DNA of 64,000 nt. It comes from Candidatus Pampinifervens sinense (GTDB lineage: Bacteria; Aquificota; Aquificia; Aquificales; Aquificaceae). Numbering within the stretch: the stretch's first letter is position 1; each line of letters starts with the position of its first letter. The DNA is taken from contig JAXSPP010000005.1 in the NCBI GenBank assembly GCA_037927135.1, forward strand, positions 32,001-96,000, read 5' to 3'. Positions 38,280 through 48,451 of the stretch are shown one piece after another. The notes beneath the pieces are model-generated. The model saw only the letters and a program-made list of their open reading frames with translations, did not search any database and was not told where the DNA came from. Both the position numbers and the translations under genes were made by a program.

Positions 38280-40459
38280 TCTTCCAAAAGCTGTTTTAAA
38301 AGGTTTATGGTTTCTTTGTAGGACTTTATGGTGTATTTGGCAAAGGTGGGGGCTGGTCCAACTTTAATGGTTATAGCCCTTTCTGGCAATGCCCTAAAAA
38401 GATCCTCATCTGTAACATCGTCGCCTATGGCCATCAGAAAGTCGCAGTCTTGGCAGAAGGAAAGGGAGGCTGTGCCCTTGTTTATACCAGCAGGCCTTAC
38501 CTCCACCACCTTGTTGCCTAAAAGCACATTAAGGTCTGTATTGGCCACAAGCATATGCAATTCTTCTACAAGCTCAGCCACTCTGCCTATGGCCATCTCT
38601 GGATCTGCGTTTCTGTAATGGAAGGCTATGGTAAAGCTTTTTTCTTCCACAAAGGCTTGAGGGAGCCTGTCTACGTATATCTCCATAACATTTCTTATCT
38701 TATCCTTTATATCGCTTGGCATGGTAGCCCTGGCCTCCCAATCCTTTCCAGCATACTTTATCCAGCATCCATGTTCCGCTATCATGTTTATGGGCAAGTC
38801 TGAAAACCAAGCTTCTAACTCCTCCTTTCTCCTCCCAGATATTAAAACCACCTGTGTGTTTTCCTTCAAAGCCAGCCTTTTAAGCAAGTCTTTCACCTCT
38901 TGGCTTGGCACAGCCAAGGAAGGTCTTTTTACCAATGGCACCAAGGTACCATCGTAATCTATAAAAATCACCCTCTTGCTTGCAGATTTAAACATCTCAA
39001 CTATCCTTCTCATCAGCTTCTCGTTGAGCTCCCTTGCCTTTAGCTTATCCCTTTCTCTGGTGGCTTCCTTCAAGGCCTCTATAAACTCCACACCCCATTT
39101 GAGTATGTTGTACCTTCTTAACCTTTCCTGCATTATCTTTAACCTGCTTTCCTGTTCCTCCGGGGGCATCTCCAGGGCCAACTCTATGGCTCTAGCCAGA
39201 TCCTCTATGGAGTTTGGGTTTACAAGGACTGCTTCTCCAAGCTCCTTCGCACTTCCAGCAAATTCGGAAAGGATGAGCACACCCCTTAGATCACTTCTAG
39301 AAGCAACAAACTCTTTGGCTATGAGGTTCATACCATCCTTTATGGGTGTAACCAGTATAACATCGCAGGCAAGATAGTGGGCCACAAGTTCATCCCAGTC
39401 TAGGGATCTATAGTGGTAGAGTATAGGCACCCAGTCCACAGATCCAAACCTTCCGTTTATCTCAGCCACCTTTTGTTCTATCTGCCTTTTCATACTCTGG
39501 TACTGTTCCACCTTTTCCCTTGAGGGAACCATATTGAGTATTAAGACCACCTTGCCATGCCATCCTTCATTTCTACTTAAGAATTTCTCATAGGCCAAAA
39601 GCCTATTGTAGATACCTTTAGTATAATCAAGCCTGTCCACAGAAAAGATGATCCTTTTCCCCTCAAGGTGCCTTTTTATCTCCCTCACCCTATCTTCCAC
39701 CCTATTAGCGTAAGAGTTAAAAAGTTCAAAATCTATGCCCATAGGGAAGGTATCCGCCTTTACCACCCTACCGTTGTATATAAAACTACCCATGATGGGC
39801 TCTATTCCCAAAAGTTTTGAGACACTCCTTATGAAGTTGTTGGTGTATTCATAGGTGTGGAAGCCTACCAGATCTGCTCCCAAAAGACCCTCTAACACCT
39901 CCCTCCTCCAGGGGAGCTGGGAGAAGGTCTCCGGTGGTGGAAAGGGTATATGTAAGAAAAAGCCTATGCTTATGTTTGGCAATGCTTCTCTTAACATACC
40001 TGGCAATAGCATAAGATGGTAATCATGGATCCATACAAGTATGTCCCTCTCATCCTTCCAGTCAACGGATGAAAGTATGGTGTTTAAAAACAACCTATTG
40101 ACTTCCACGTAGCTATGCCAAAACTCTTGACTGTATACGGCCAAAGGTGCCAGGTTATGGAATAGGGGCCAAAGGGTTTTGTTGCAAAAGCCATTGTAGA
40201 ACCTATCCATGAGCCTATCGGGTACATAAACTGGCACGCAGGAAAGCTTTTTATCCTCTATAATTCTTTCCAGCTCTTTTGTCTCCTTTTTGTTCAAGCT
40301 CGCTCCAGGCCAGCCAAACCATAGGAACTCCACATCATACTTTTTTAAAAAGGTTTCAAGGCCAGATACCAATCCGCCAGGACTCTTTTTTAGCTTAATG
40401 CCATGACCATCCTTAGAGAGGCTGAAGGGTAGTCTGTTGGCTACTATTATTAACTTCAT
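38276..40459 (-). CDS. Bifunctional trehalose-6-phosphate synthase/phosphatase (OtsA-OtsB fusion)
   Basis: NRLP, GGLVS, WIHDYHL, VDRLDYTKG, DGMNLIAKE plus HAD motifs DYDGTL and GDDVTDED; start moved to ATG 40459. Confidence 0.93.
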   Translation of the reverse strand: MKLIIVANRLPFSLSKDGHGIKLKKSPGGLVSGLETFLKKYDVEFLWFGWPGASLNKKETKELERIIEDKKLSCVPVYVPDRLMDRFYNGFCNKTLWPLFHNLAPLAVYSQEFWHSYVEVNRLFLNTILSSVDWKDERDILVWIHDYHLMLLPGMLREALPNISIGFFLHIPFPPPETFSQLPWRREVLEGLLGADLVGFHTYEYTNNFIRSVSKLLGIEPIMGSFIYNGRVVKADTFPMGIDFELFNSYANRVEDRVREIKRHLEGKRIIFSVDRLDYTKGIYNRLLAYEKFLSRNEGWHGKVVLILNMVPSREKVEQYQSMKRQIEQKVAEINGRFGSVDWVPILYHYRSLDWDELVAHYLACDVILVTPIKDGMNLIAKEFVASRSDLRGVLILSEFAGSAKELGEAVLVNPNSIEDLARAIELALEMPPEEQESRLKIMQERLRRYNILKWGVEFIEALKEATRERDKLKARELNEKLMRRIVEMFKSASKRVIFIDYDGTLVPLVKRPSLAVPSQEVKDLLKRLALKENTQVVLISGRRKEELEAWFSDLPINMIAEHGCWIKYAGKDWEARATMPSDIKDKIRNVMEIYVDRLPQAFVEEKSFTIAFHYRNADPEMAIGRVAELVEELHMLVANTDLNVLLGNKVVEVRPAGINKGTASLSFCQDCDFLMAIGDDVTDEDLFRALPERAITIKVGPAPTFAKYTIKSYKETINLLKQLLEE

Positions 40460-40578
40460 GCTTAAATTATATAATCCCATACTTCACAACCTTGTATTTT
40501 GAAGATTTCAAAGCTTGAGAAATAAAGGTTCTAAAAATCCAAAAATTGGATGACAATGATTCTGTATGATATTAGACT

Positions 40579-41592
40579 ATGGAGCTTTTGAGGCTTGTAA
40601 GGGCTTCGGGGTGAGCTAGTAAGGTAGGTCCGGCGGACCTAGAGAACTTAATAAGGGGGCTGGACCTTTATGTGGATGAACACACCCTTGTGGGTGTGGG
40701 CGACGATGCGGGAGTCTATGCGTACGGAGGGGAAGTCTACGTGCATACGGTGGACTTCATCACACCCATACTAAACGATCCTTACCTGTGGGGTGCTATA
40801 TCTACTGTCAATTCTTTGAGCGATGTTTATGCTATGGGATGCAAGCCTCTTAATGCCCTTGCTATTGTGGGCTTCAATAGTTGCGACCTTGACATAGGGG
40901 TGTTAAGGGAGGTTATGAGAGGTTGTGCAGACAAGCTAAGAGAGGCAAAAACGGTGCTTTTGGGAGGCCATACTATTGATGATAAAGAGCCTAAGTTTGG
41001 TCTTGCTGTGATGGGGGTATGCGAAGGTGGTAAGTATATTACACAGGCTGGGGCAAAGCCTGGTGAGCTTTTGGCACTTACAAAACCCATAGGTGTAGGT
41101 ATCCTTACAAAGGCTATAAAGGAAAGAAGGCTAAAGGAGGGAGATATTAAACATGCTATTGATTATATGCTTATGCTTAACGAGAGGGCCTCTTTACTTG
41201 TAAGAGAGTTTGCTAGCGCTTGCACGGATGTGACTGGCTTTGGCCTTTTGGGCCACGCTTACAACATAGCAAGAAGATCTAAAGTAAGACTCTGCATAGA
41301 CTTTTCAAAGGTTCCAATCTATGAGGAATCTATAAGGTTTGTAAAGGAGGGCATATATCCCAAAGGGGCGATGGACAATTACAGCTTTGTAAAGGATCAC
41401 CTTGTGGCCGAAGGCCTTCAAAGGTGGGAGCTTTTACTCCTTTCTGATCCTGTCACCTCCGGTGGACTGCTCTTTAGCTTTCCAGAGGAAAGGTTGAAAG
41501 ATCTTGAGGAAAGATCAAAAGACCTTGGCGTAAAGGTTTGGATAATAGGAAAAGTGGAAAAGGGGGAAGGGCTCATGGTATATAAGGGTTAA
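40579..41592 (+). CDS. selD: Selenide, water dikinase (selenophosphate synthetase), selenocysteine at codon 12
   Basis: ATG 40579 in frame gives [18 protein letters not shown] with TGA at 40612-40614 at the catalytic Cys/Sec position; DDAGVY, GGHT and [11 protein letters not shown] motifs. Confidence 0.92.
40625..40641 (+). promoter_or_regulatory. Candidate bacterial SECIS hairpin
   Basis: TAGGTCC-GGC-GGACCTA stem-loop starting 10 nt 3' of the in-frame TGA. Confidence 0.7.
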
Positions 41593-43148
41593 ACGGTCCC
41601 TTCCCTTCTTAAGCTTTCCCTTGATATTATGTAGCTTTTTCTAAGCAGGGCTCTATTCAAAGCATCTACAAAGCCGTTTACACTTGCCCTTATTATGTCT
41701 ACATCCACACCCCTTCCGCTTGCCCTCACGCCATCTAGCTCAATAACAAGCCTTGATTCAGCTTGGGCATCTGTATTGGGTGTGAGGGCCTTTATGGAGA
41801 AGTCTAGCAGTTTGGGCTCTATTTCTAGGGCCTTCTGTATGGCCTTTATTACCGCATCCACAGGACCATTGCCTGTAGATGTGGCCGTCCTCTCTTCACC
41901 TTTAAAGCTCAAGACTACAGTGGCTGTAGGAAGGAGTTTGTCGCCAGTTTGAACTTGATAGTGTAATATCTTTATGGGTTCATCCTCTTCAGGCTTCATA
42001 AACTCTTCATAAACAAGGGCTTCAATATCTTCTTCGTATACTTCCTTTTTCTTGTCTGCCAAGGCCTTAAACCTTTCAAAGATCCTGTCAAGATCCTCTT
42101 CAGAAACCTCAAACCCTAGCTCTTTTAGCTTGCTTTTTAGCGCATGCCTACCTGAGTGCTTTCCTAGAACTATCCTGTTGGAAGGAAAGCCCACATCCTC
42201 TGGAGACATGATCTCATAGGTTAAAGGATTTGCCAAAACACCATGCTGGTGTATGCCCGACTCATGGGCAAAGGCATTGTCTCCCACCACAGCCTTATTA
42301 GGTTGTACAAAGCTTCCCGTTATCCTACACAATAGCCTACTGGTTTTGTAAATCTCCTTCGTGTTTATGTTGGTGTATAGGCCGCCAAAGAAGTCCTTCC
42401 TTACCTTAAGGGCCATAACTATCTCTTCTAAGGCTGCATTTCCTGCCCTTTCGCCTATACCGTTTATGGTGCACTCCACCTGCCTTGCACCGTGCTTTAT
42501 GGCCATAAGGGAGTTTGCCACAGCCATCCCAAGATCATCATGACAATGTACGCTTATTATGGCCTTGTCTATGTTTGGCACATTGTTCCTTATATCCTCT
42601 ATAAGCTTTGCGAACTCCTCTGGCACCGCATAACCAACCGTGTCCGGTATGTTTATCACCGTAGCTCCAGCCTTTATGGCAGTCTCTATAACCCTATAGA
42701 GGAACTCCCTTTGACTTCTGGTGGCATCCTCACAAGAAAACTCCACATCATCGGTAAACTTCCTTGCAAACTCTACAGCCTTCCTTGCCCTCTCTAGAAC
42801 CTCCTCTGGAGACATCCTTAGCTTGTACTTCATGTGTATCTCGGATGTGGCTATAAAGGTGTGTATCCTCTTTCTTTCTGCAGGCTTTAACGCTTCAGCG
42901 GCAAGCTCTATATCCTTCTCTAAGGCTCGCGCCAAGGAACATATCACTGGACCTTTCACTTCCCTTGCTATAGTCTCAATGGCTTCAAAGTCTCCCCTTG
43001 ATGCGGCTGCAAAGCCAGCTTCTATGATATCCACACCCAGCTTTGCAAGCTGATAGGCCATCTGTAGCTTTTCTTCTGTGGTCATAGAAAAGCCAGGAGC
43101 CTGTTCTCCATCCCTTAGGGTGGTATCAAAAATATAAACCCTTTCCAT
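41589..43148 (-). CDS. leuA: 2-isopropylmalate synthase
   Basis: [23 protein letters not shown] and HESGIHQHG motifs; regulatory domain GNGPVDA. Confidence 0.97.
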   Translation of the reverse strand: MERVYIFDTTLRDGEQAPGFSMTTEEKLQMAYQLAKLGVDIIEAGFAAASRGDFEAIETIAREVKGPVICSLARALEKDIELAAEALKPAERKRIHTFIATSEIHMKYKLRMSPEEVLERARKAVEFARKFTDDVEFSCEDATRSQREFLYRVIETAIKAGATVINIPDTVGYAVPEEFAKLIEDIRNNVPNIDKAIISVHCHDDLGMAVANSLMAIKHGARQVECTINGIGERAGNAALEEIVMALKVRKDFFGGLYTNINTKEIYKTSRLLCRITGSFVQPNKAVVGDNAFAHESGIHQHGVLANPLTYEIMSPEDVGFPSNRIVLGKHSGRHALKSKLKELGFEVSEEDLDRIFERFKALADKKKEVYEEDIEALVYEEFMKPEEDEPIKILHYQVQTGDKLLPTATVVLSFKGEERTATSTGNGPVDAVIKAIQKALEIEPKLLDFSIKALTPNTDAQAESRLVIELDGVRASGRGVDVDIIRASVNGFVDALNRALLRKSYIISRESLRREGTV

Positions 43149-43168
43149 AGTTTTCCTCCTGCTAATTG

Positions 43169-43197
43169 ATAATAATTCGCAATTTAATCTTTGTCAA
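43169..43197 (-). promoter_or_regulatory. Sigma70 promoter of leuA
   Basis: TTGACA(43197-43192)-N17-TATTAT; abuts the left direct repeat of the tnpB element. Confidence 0.65.
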
Positions 43198-43206
43198 GGC
43201 CTTTCT
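43197..43206 (+). repeat. Left copy of 10-bp direct repeat AGGCCTTTCT (putative target-site duplication)
   Basis: Identical to 44753-44762; directly abuts the left inverted repeat. Confidence 0.8.
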
Positions 43207-44752
43207 GAGGGTGTTCCCAAAATCCACTTTACTTACCGGTTATGTTAAAATACCAAAAGATGATAACCATAAGCGCTAAGCTTTTATTCTCAAGCTATCA
43301 AGATAAGGAAAAGGTCTTAGACCTCATGAGAATATGGTCCTCGGCTATGAGATATGCTTACAAAAGACTTCTGGAAGGCATGGAAATAAACACTTTAAGA
43401 AAGTTAATCCAAAATGTGTTTGGACTAAACTCAAGATATTCACACTCAGCCATTGTTAAAGCCCAAGCCTTGATGAAAGTAAGAGAAGAGAAAGGAGAAA
43501 GCTTAAGGAAGGTTATATTTGGTGGAAGGGATATTTTCAGAAAACTGCAAAAGAGACATATAAACGGGAAAGACTATCAAAGGTTAAAAATACAGTTCCA
43601 AGAAAAGAGAAAAGGCAATCTCTATTCCATAGGACAAAAACACTCAAAAGGAAATCAAAACACAAGTATAGAGGTAAAAGAAGATGGAGCTTATCTTAGG
43701 ATAAACACAGGAGAAAGGCAATATGTATATGCCTTGATAAGTGCGGGGGATAGGATAGAGAAGATTAAAGAGATAGCCTTTTCTGGGAAGGCTTACTCTG
43801 TAGAACTAAAGCTAAGAGATAGCAATGTGTATGCTTACTTTACCATAGAGGAAGAATATCCACAGATAGAGATTACAAAAGCATATGGAGTAATAGGTAT
43901 AGACTTAAACGCCTATCCAAACCACATAGCTTGGGCAGAGACGGATGAGTATGGAAATCTCCTAAGCTATGGTGAAATAGCTATGCCAGAACTGGGAAGT
44001 GGAAATGGCAATAAAAGAGATTATTACACATGGATATACGCACATAAGGTTATAAGCTTAGCTAAAGAAAAGGGAAAGGCTATAGTGATAGAAAAGCTAA
44101 AGCTAACCAAAAACAAAAGAGGGGACTACTCTGGGAGAAAGGTAAGGAGAATACAGCATAACTTTGCCTATAGGAAGCTATTAGAAAGGATAAAGCTACT
44201 TGCAAAAAGAAACTGTATAGAGGTGATAGAAGTAAATCCAGCCTATACATCCATCGTAGGCATGTTAAAGTATGCACCACAATACATGGTAAGTAAGGAT
44301 ATAGCTTCTGCCTATGTGATAGCAAGAAGGGGCTTAGGACTAAAGGAAAAGGTGCCAAAGAATTATATGGAGCTTATAAGAAGGCTAAGTGTAGAAGGAC
44401 TGATGGAACTGAAAGAGTATGTAAAAGAGAAAGTAAAGAATGCCTATTTAAAAGCCAAGCATATTAAAGAGATAGAAGCTTTGATAAAGGTTTTAAGCCT
44501 TGGGAGTGAGCCATGGAAGGTATCTGAGCCTCTGGAAGGAACAAGCTTAGGTATCCGATTTAATCCATGGCGAGTTCTCAAGGTAGTGGTGCTAACCGCA
44601 CTCTCTCCTGAGAGGATCCTTAGAGACCTCTCTGTCCTGAAAGGGAAACTCTTTCAGGGCTTGTGGGGAGACCCGATATGGGCGCGAGCTCCTACTGCAG
44701 GGGGTGGGGGCGTAGTCTGTGTGAAAACACAGGCTATTTTTGAAACACCCTG
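43207..44752 (+). mobile_element. Non-autonomous 1546-bp tnpB-only element with terminal inverted repeats and a 10-bp target-site duplication
   Basis: Left end GAGGGTGTTCCCAAAAT vs reverse complement of right end CAGGGTGTTTCAAAAAT (14/17); flanking perfect direct repeat; no transposase inside; A-rich coding composition. Confidence 0.75.
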
Positions 44753-44753
44753 A
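43260..44753 (+). CDS. tnpB: TnpB/Cas12f-like RNA-guided nuclease (IS200/IS605 OrfB-related)
   Basis: RuvC-I GIDLN, RuvC-II IVIEKL, EVNPAYTS and RuvC-III KDIASAYVIARRG; probable start ATG 43260 after extended -10 TGtTAAAAT (ORF track start 43242). Confidence 0.88.
   Translation: MITISAKLLFSSYQDKEKVLDLMRIWSSAMRYAYKRLLEGMEINTLRKLIQNVFGLNSRYSHSAIVKAQALMKVREEKGESLRKVIFGGRDIFRKLQKRHINGKDYQRLKIQFQEKRKGNLYSIGQKHSKGNQNTSIEVKEDGAYLRINTGERQYVYALISAGDRIEKIKEIAFSGKAYSVELKLRDSNVYAYFTIEEEYPQIEITKAYGVIGIDLNAYPNHIAWAETDEYGNLLSYGEIAMPELGSGNGNKRDYYTWIYAHKVISLAKEKGKAIVIEKLKLTKNKRGDYSGRKVRRIQHNFAYRKLLERIKLLAKRNCIEVIEVNPAYTSIVGMLKYAPQYMVSKDIASAYVIARRGLGLKEKVPKNYMELIRRLSVEGLMELKEYVKEKVKNAYLKAKHIKEIEALIKVLSLGSEPWKVSEPLEGTSLGIRFNPWRVLKVVVLTALSPERILRDLSVLKGKLFQGLWGDPIWARAPTAGGGGVVCVKTQAIFETP
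44502..44737 (+). ncRNA. Putative omega-RNA-like structured RNA overlapping the tnpB 3' end
   Basis: Consecutive hairpins at 44502-44579, 44610-44632, 44634-44660, 44660-44688, 44688-44711 and 44712-44737; GC-richer than the gene body. Confidence 0.55.
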
Positions 44754-44762
44754 GGCCTTTCT
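44753..44762 (+). repeat. Right copy of 10-bp direct repeat AGGCCTTTCT
   Basis: Identical to 43197-43206; abuts the right inverted repeat and overlaps the miaB stop codon. Confidence 0.8.
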
Positions 44763-46071
44763 AACACTTCACCTCCAAAAGCTCACACTCCATGCTGAAG
44801 GGTTTAGAACTTACCACTTTGACTTTTACTATTTTCCCAAGCAGATCTTCGCTTCCCTTCAGGCTTGCCCACCTGTTTGTCCTTGTCCTTCCGATGAGCT
44901 TGCCCTTTTCATATCCTTCAATAAGCACCTCTTGCTCAGTCCCTTCGTAGGACTTGGCTATCTCACCAAGTATTTTCTTTTGAAGCTCTAAGAGTCTTGT
45001 CATCCTTTGAGTTTTTATCTCGTCTGGCACCTGACCCTCCATGGAGTAGGCTGGTGTGTCTGGCCTTGGAGAGAACTTAAAGGAAAAGACCTGTTCAAAC
45101 CTCACCTTTTCCAAAAGGTCCAGCGTTTCTTCAAAGTCTTCTTCTGTCTCTGTTGGAAAGCCTACTATTATGTCTGTGGAGAAGGTGATGCCCTTCACAT
45201 AATGCCTCAACATATCTATCTTCTCAAGGTATTCCTCCTTTGTATAACCCCTGTCCATAAGTTTTAATATTCTTGTGGAGCCAGATTGCACAGGAAGGTG
45301 AAGGTGTTCACATACCTGAGGTATCTCTCCCATGGCCTTTGCTATGTTTTCTGTTAGGTCCTTAGGATGTCCTGTGGTGAACCTTATCCTTTCTACTCCT
45401 GGCACCTCTGCTACCCTGTAGAGGAGTTCCTCAAAAGGTATGCCAAGGTCTTGACCCCATGCGGTTACATTCTGACCTAAAAGGTGTATCTCCTTTACGC
45501 CATCCTCCACCAAGAACTTCACTTCAGAGAGGATGCTCTCTAGGCTTCTTGATCTTTGCCTCCCTCTTGTCTTTGGCACAACGCAATAAGTACAGTTCTT
45601 ATCACAACCCTTCATAACGGTCACATAGGCACAAAACTGGTTATCTCTTACTGTAGGATACTCCCATAGCTTGTCTTCATCCTCCGGTGGGCTTTCCAAT
45701 ATGGCTATGGCCTTGTAGCCCGCTTGGGCCTGGTGGATAAGCTCTGGAAGCTGGTGCATGTTAAAGCTGGAGAACATTATATCTACCATAGGAGCCTTTT
45801 CCAGAAGCTTTTCTCCCATCCTTTGGGCAAGACAACCGCACACACCTATGAGGGCTTTAGGATTCTTCTCCTTTATCTTCTTGTATTCTCCCAAATGGGA
45901 ATAGACCTTTTGATCTGGCTTTTCCCTAATGGTGCATGTGTTTATAAGGATAATGTCCGCCTCTTCCCAGCTTTTGGCAGGCTCATAGCCCATGCTTTGT
46001 AGTATGCCCCTAAGCCTTTCCGAATCGTTAAAGTTCATCTGACATCCAAAAGTTTTTATATAGTACTTCAT
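44761..46071 (-). CDS. miaB: tRNA-2-methylthio-N6-dimethylallyladenosine synthase
   Basis: TFGCQMN, NTCTIR, GCDKNCTYC radical-SAM motif, DIIVGFP, TRAM domain; start moved to ATG 46071. Confidence 0.96.
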   Translation of the reverse strand: MKYYIKTFGCQMNFNDSERLRGILQSMGYEPAKSWEEADIILINTCTIREKPDQKVYSHLGEYKKIKEKNPKALIGVCGCLAQRMGEKLLEKAPMVDIMFSSFNMHQLPELIHQAQAGYKAIAILESPPEDEDKLWEYPTVRDNQFCAYVTVMKGCDKNCTYCVVPKTRGRQRSRSLESILSEVKFLVEDGVKEIHLLGQNVTAWGQDLGIPFEELLYRVAEVPGVERIRFTTGHPKDLTENIAKAMGEIPQVCEHLHLPVQSGSTRILKLMDRGYTKEEYLEKIDMLRHYVKGITFSTDIIVGFPTETEEDFEETLDLLEKVRFEQVFSFKFSPRPDTPAYSMEGQVPDEIKTQRMTRLLELQKKILGEIAKSYEGTEQEVLIEGYEKGKLIGRTRTNRWASLKGSEDLLGKIVKVKVVSSKPFSMECELLEVKC

Positions 46072-46089
46072 AGTGATAAAATTTAACAC

Positions 46090-48215
<2,126 letters not shown>

Positions 48216-48247
48216 TATAATATCTAATTTTTTGAAGGAGGTCTAAA

Positions 48248-48451
48248 ATGGCGAAGTGTTATGTTTGTGGAAAGACTACAAAGTTTGGAAAGAGTGTGAC
48301 CTTCTCTGGAGAGAGGAACCCAAGGAAGTTTAAGCCAAACCTGCAAAAGGTCAGAGTGGTCCTTGAGGATGGAAGGGTAAAGAGGGTCTATGTATGCACC
48401 AAGTGTCTTAAGGCTGGTAAGGTGGTAAAGGCGGTAAGCATAAGGCAATAA
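48248..48451 (+). CDS. rpmB: 50S ribosomal protein L28
   Basis: CYVCGK..FKPNLQ..CTKCLK; GGAGG RBS. Confidence 0.95.
   Translation: MAKCYVCGKTTKFGKSVTFSGERNPRKFKPNLQKVRVVLEDGRVKRVYVCTKCLKAGKVVKAVSIRQ

Noticed and set aside
40672-41592. selD as an N-terminally truncated pseudogene
   Set aside because: The upstream in-frame TGA sits at the catalytic position and is followed by a SECIS-like hairpin, consistent with Sec recoding.
43149-44800. CRISPR-Cas12f locus interpretation of the tnpB-like gene
   Set aside because: No repeat-spacer array or cas1/cas2/cas4 is visible on either side; the flanks are leuA and miaB.
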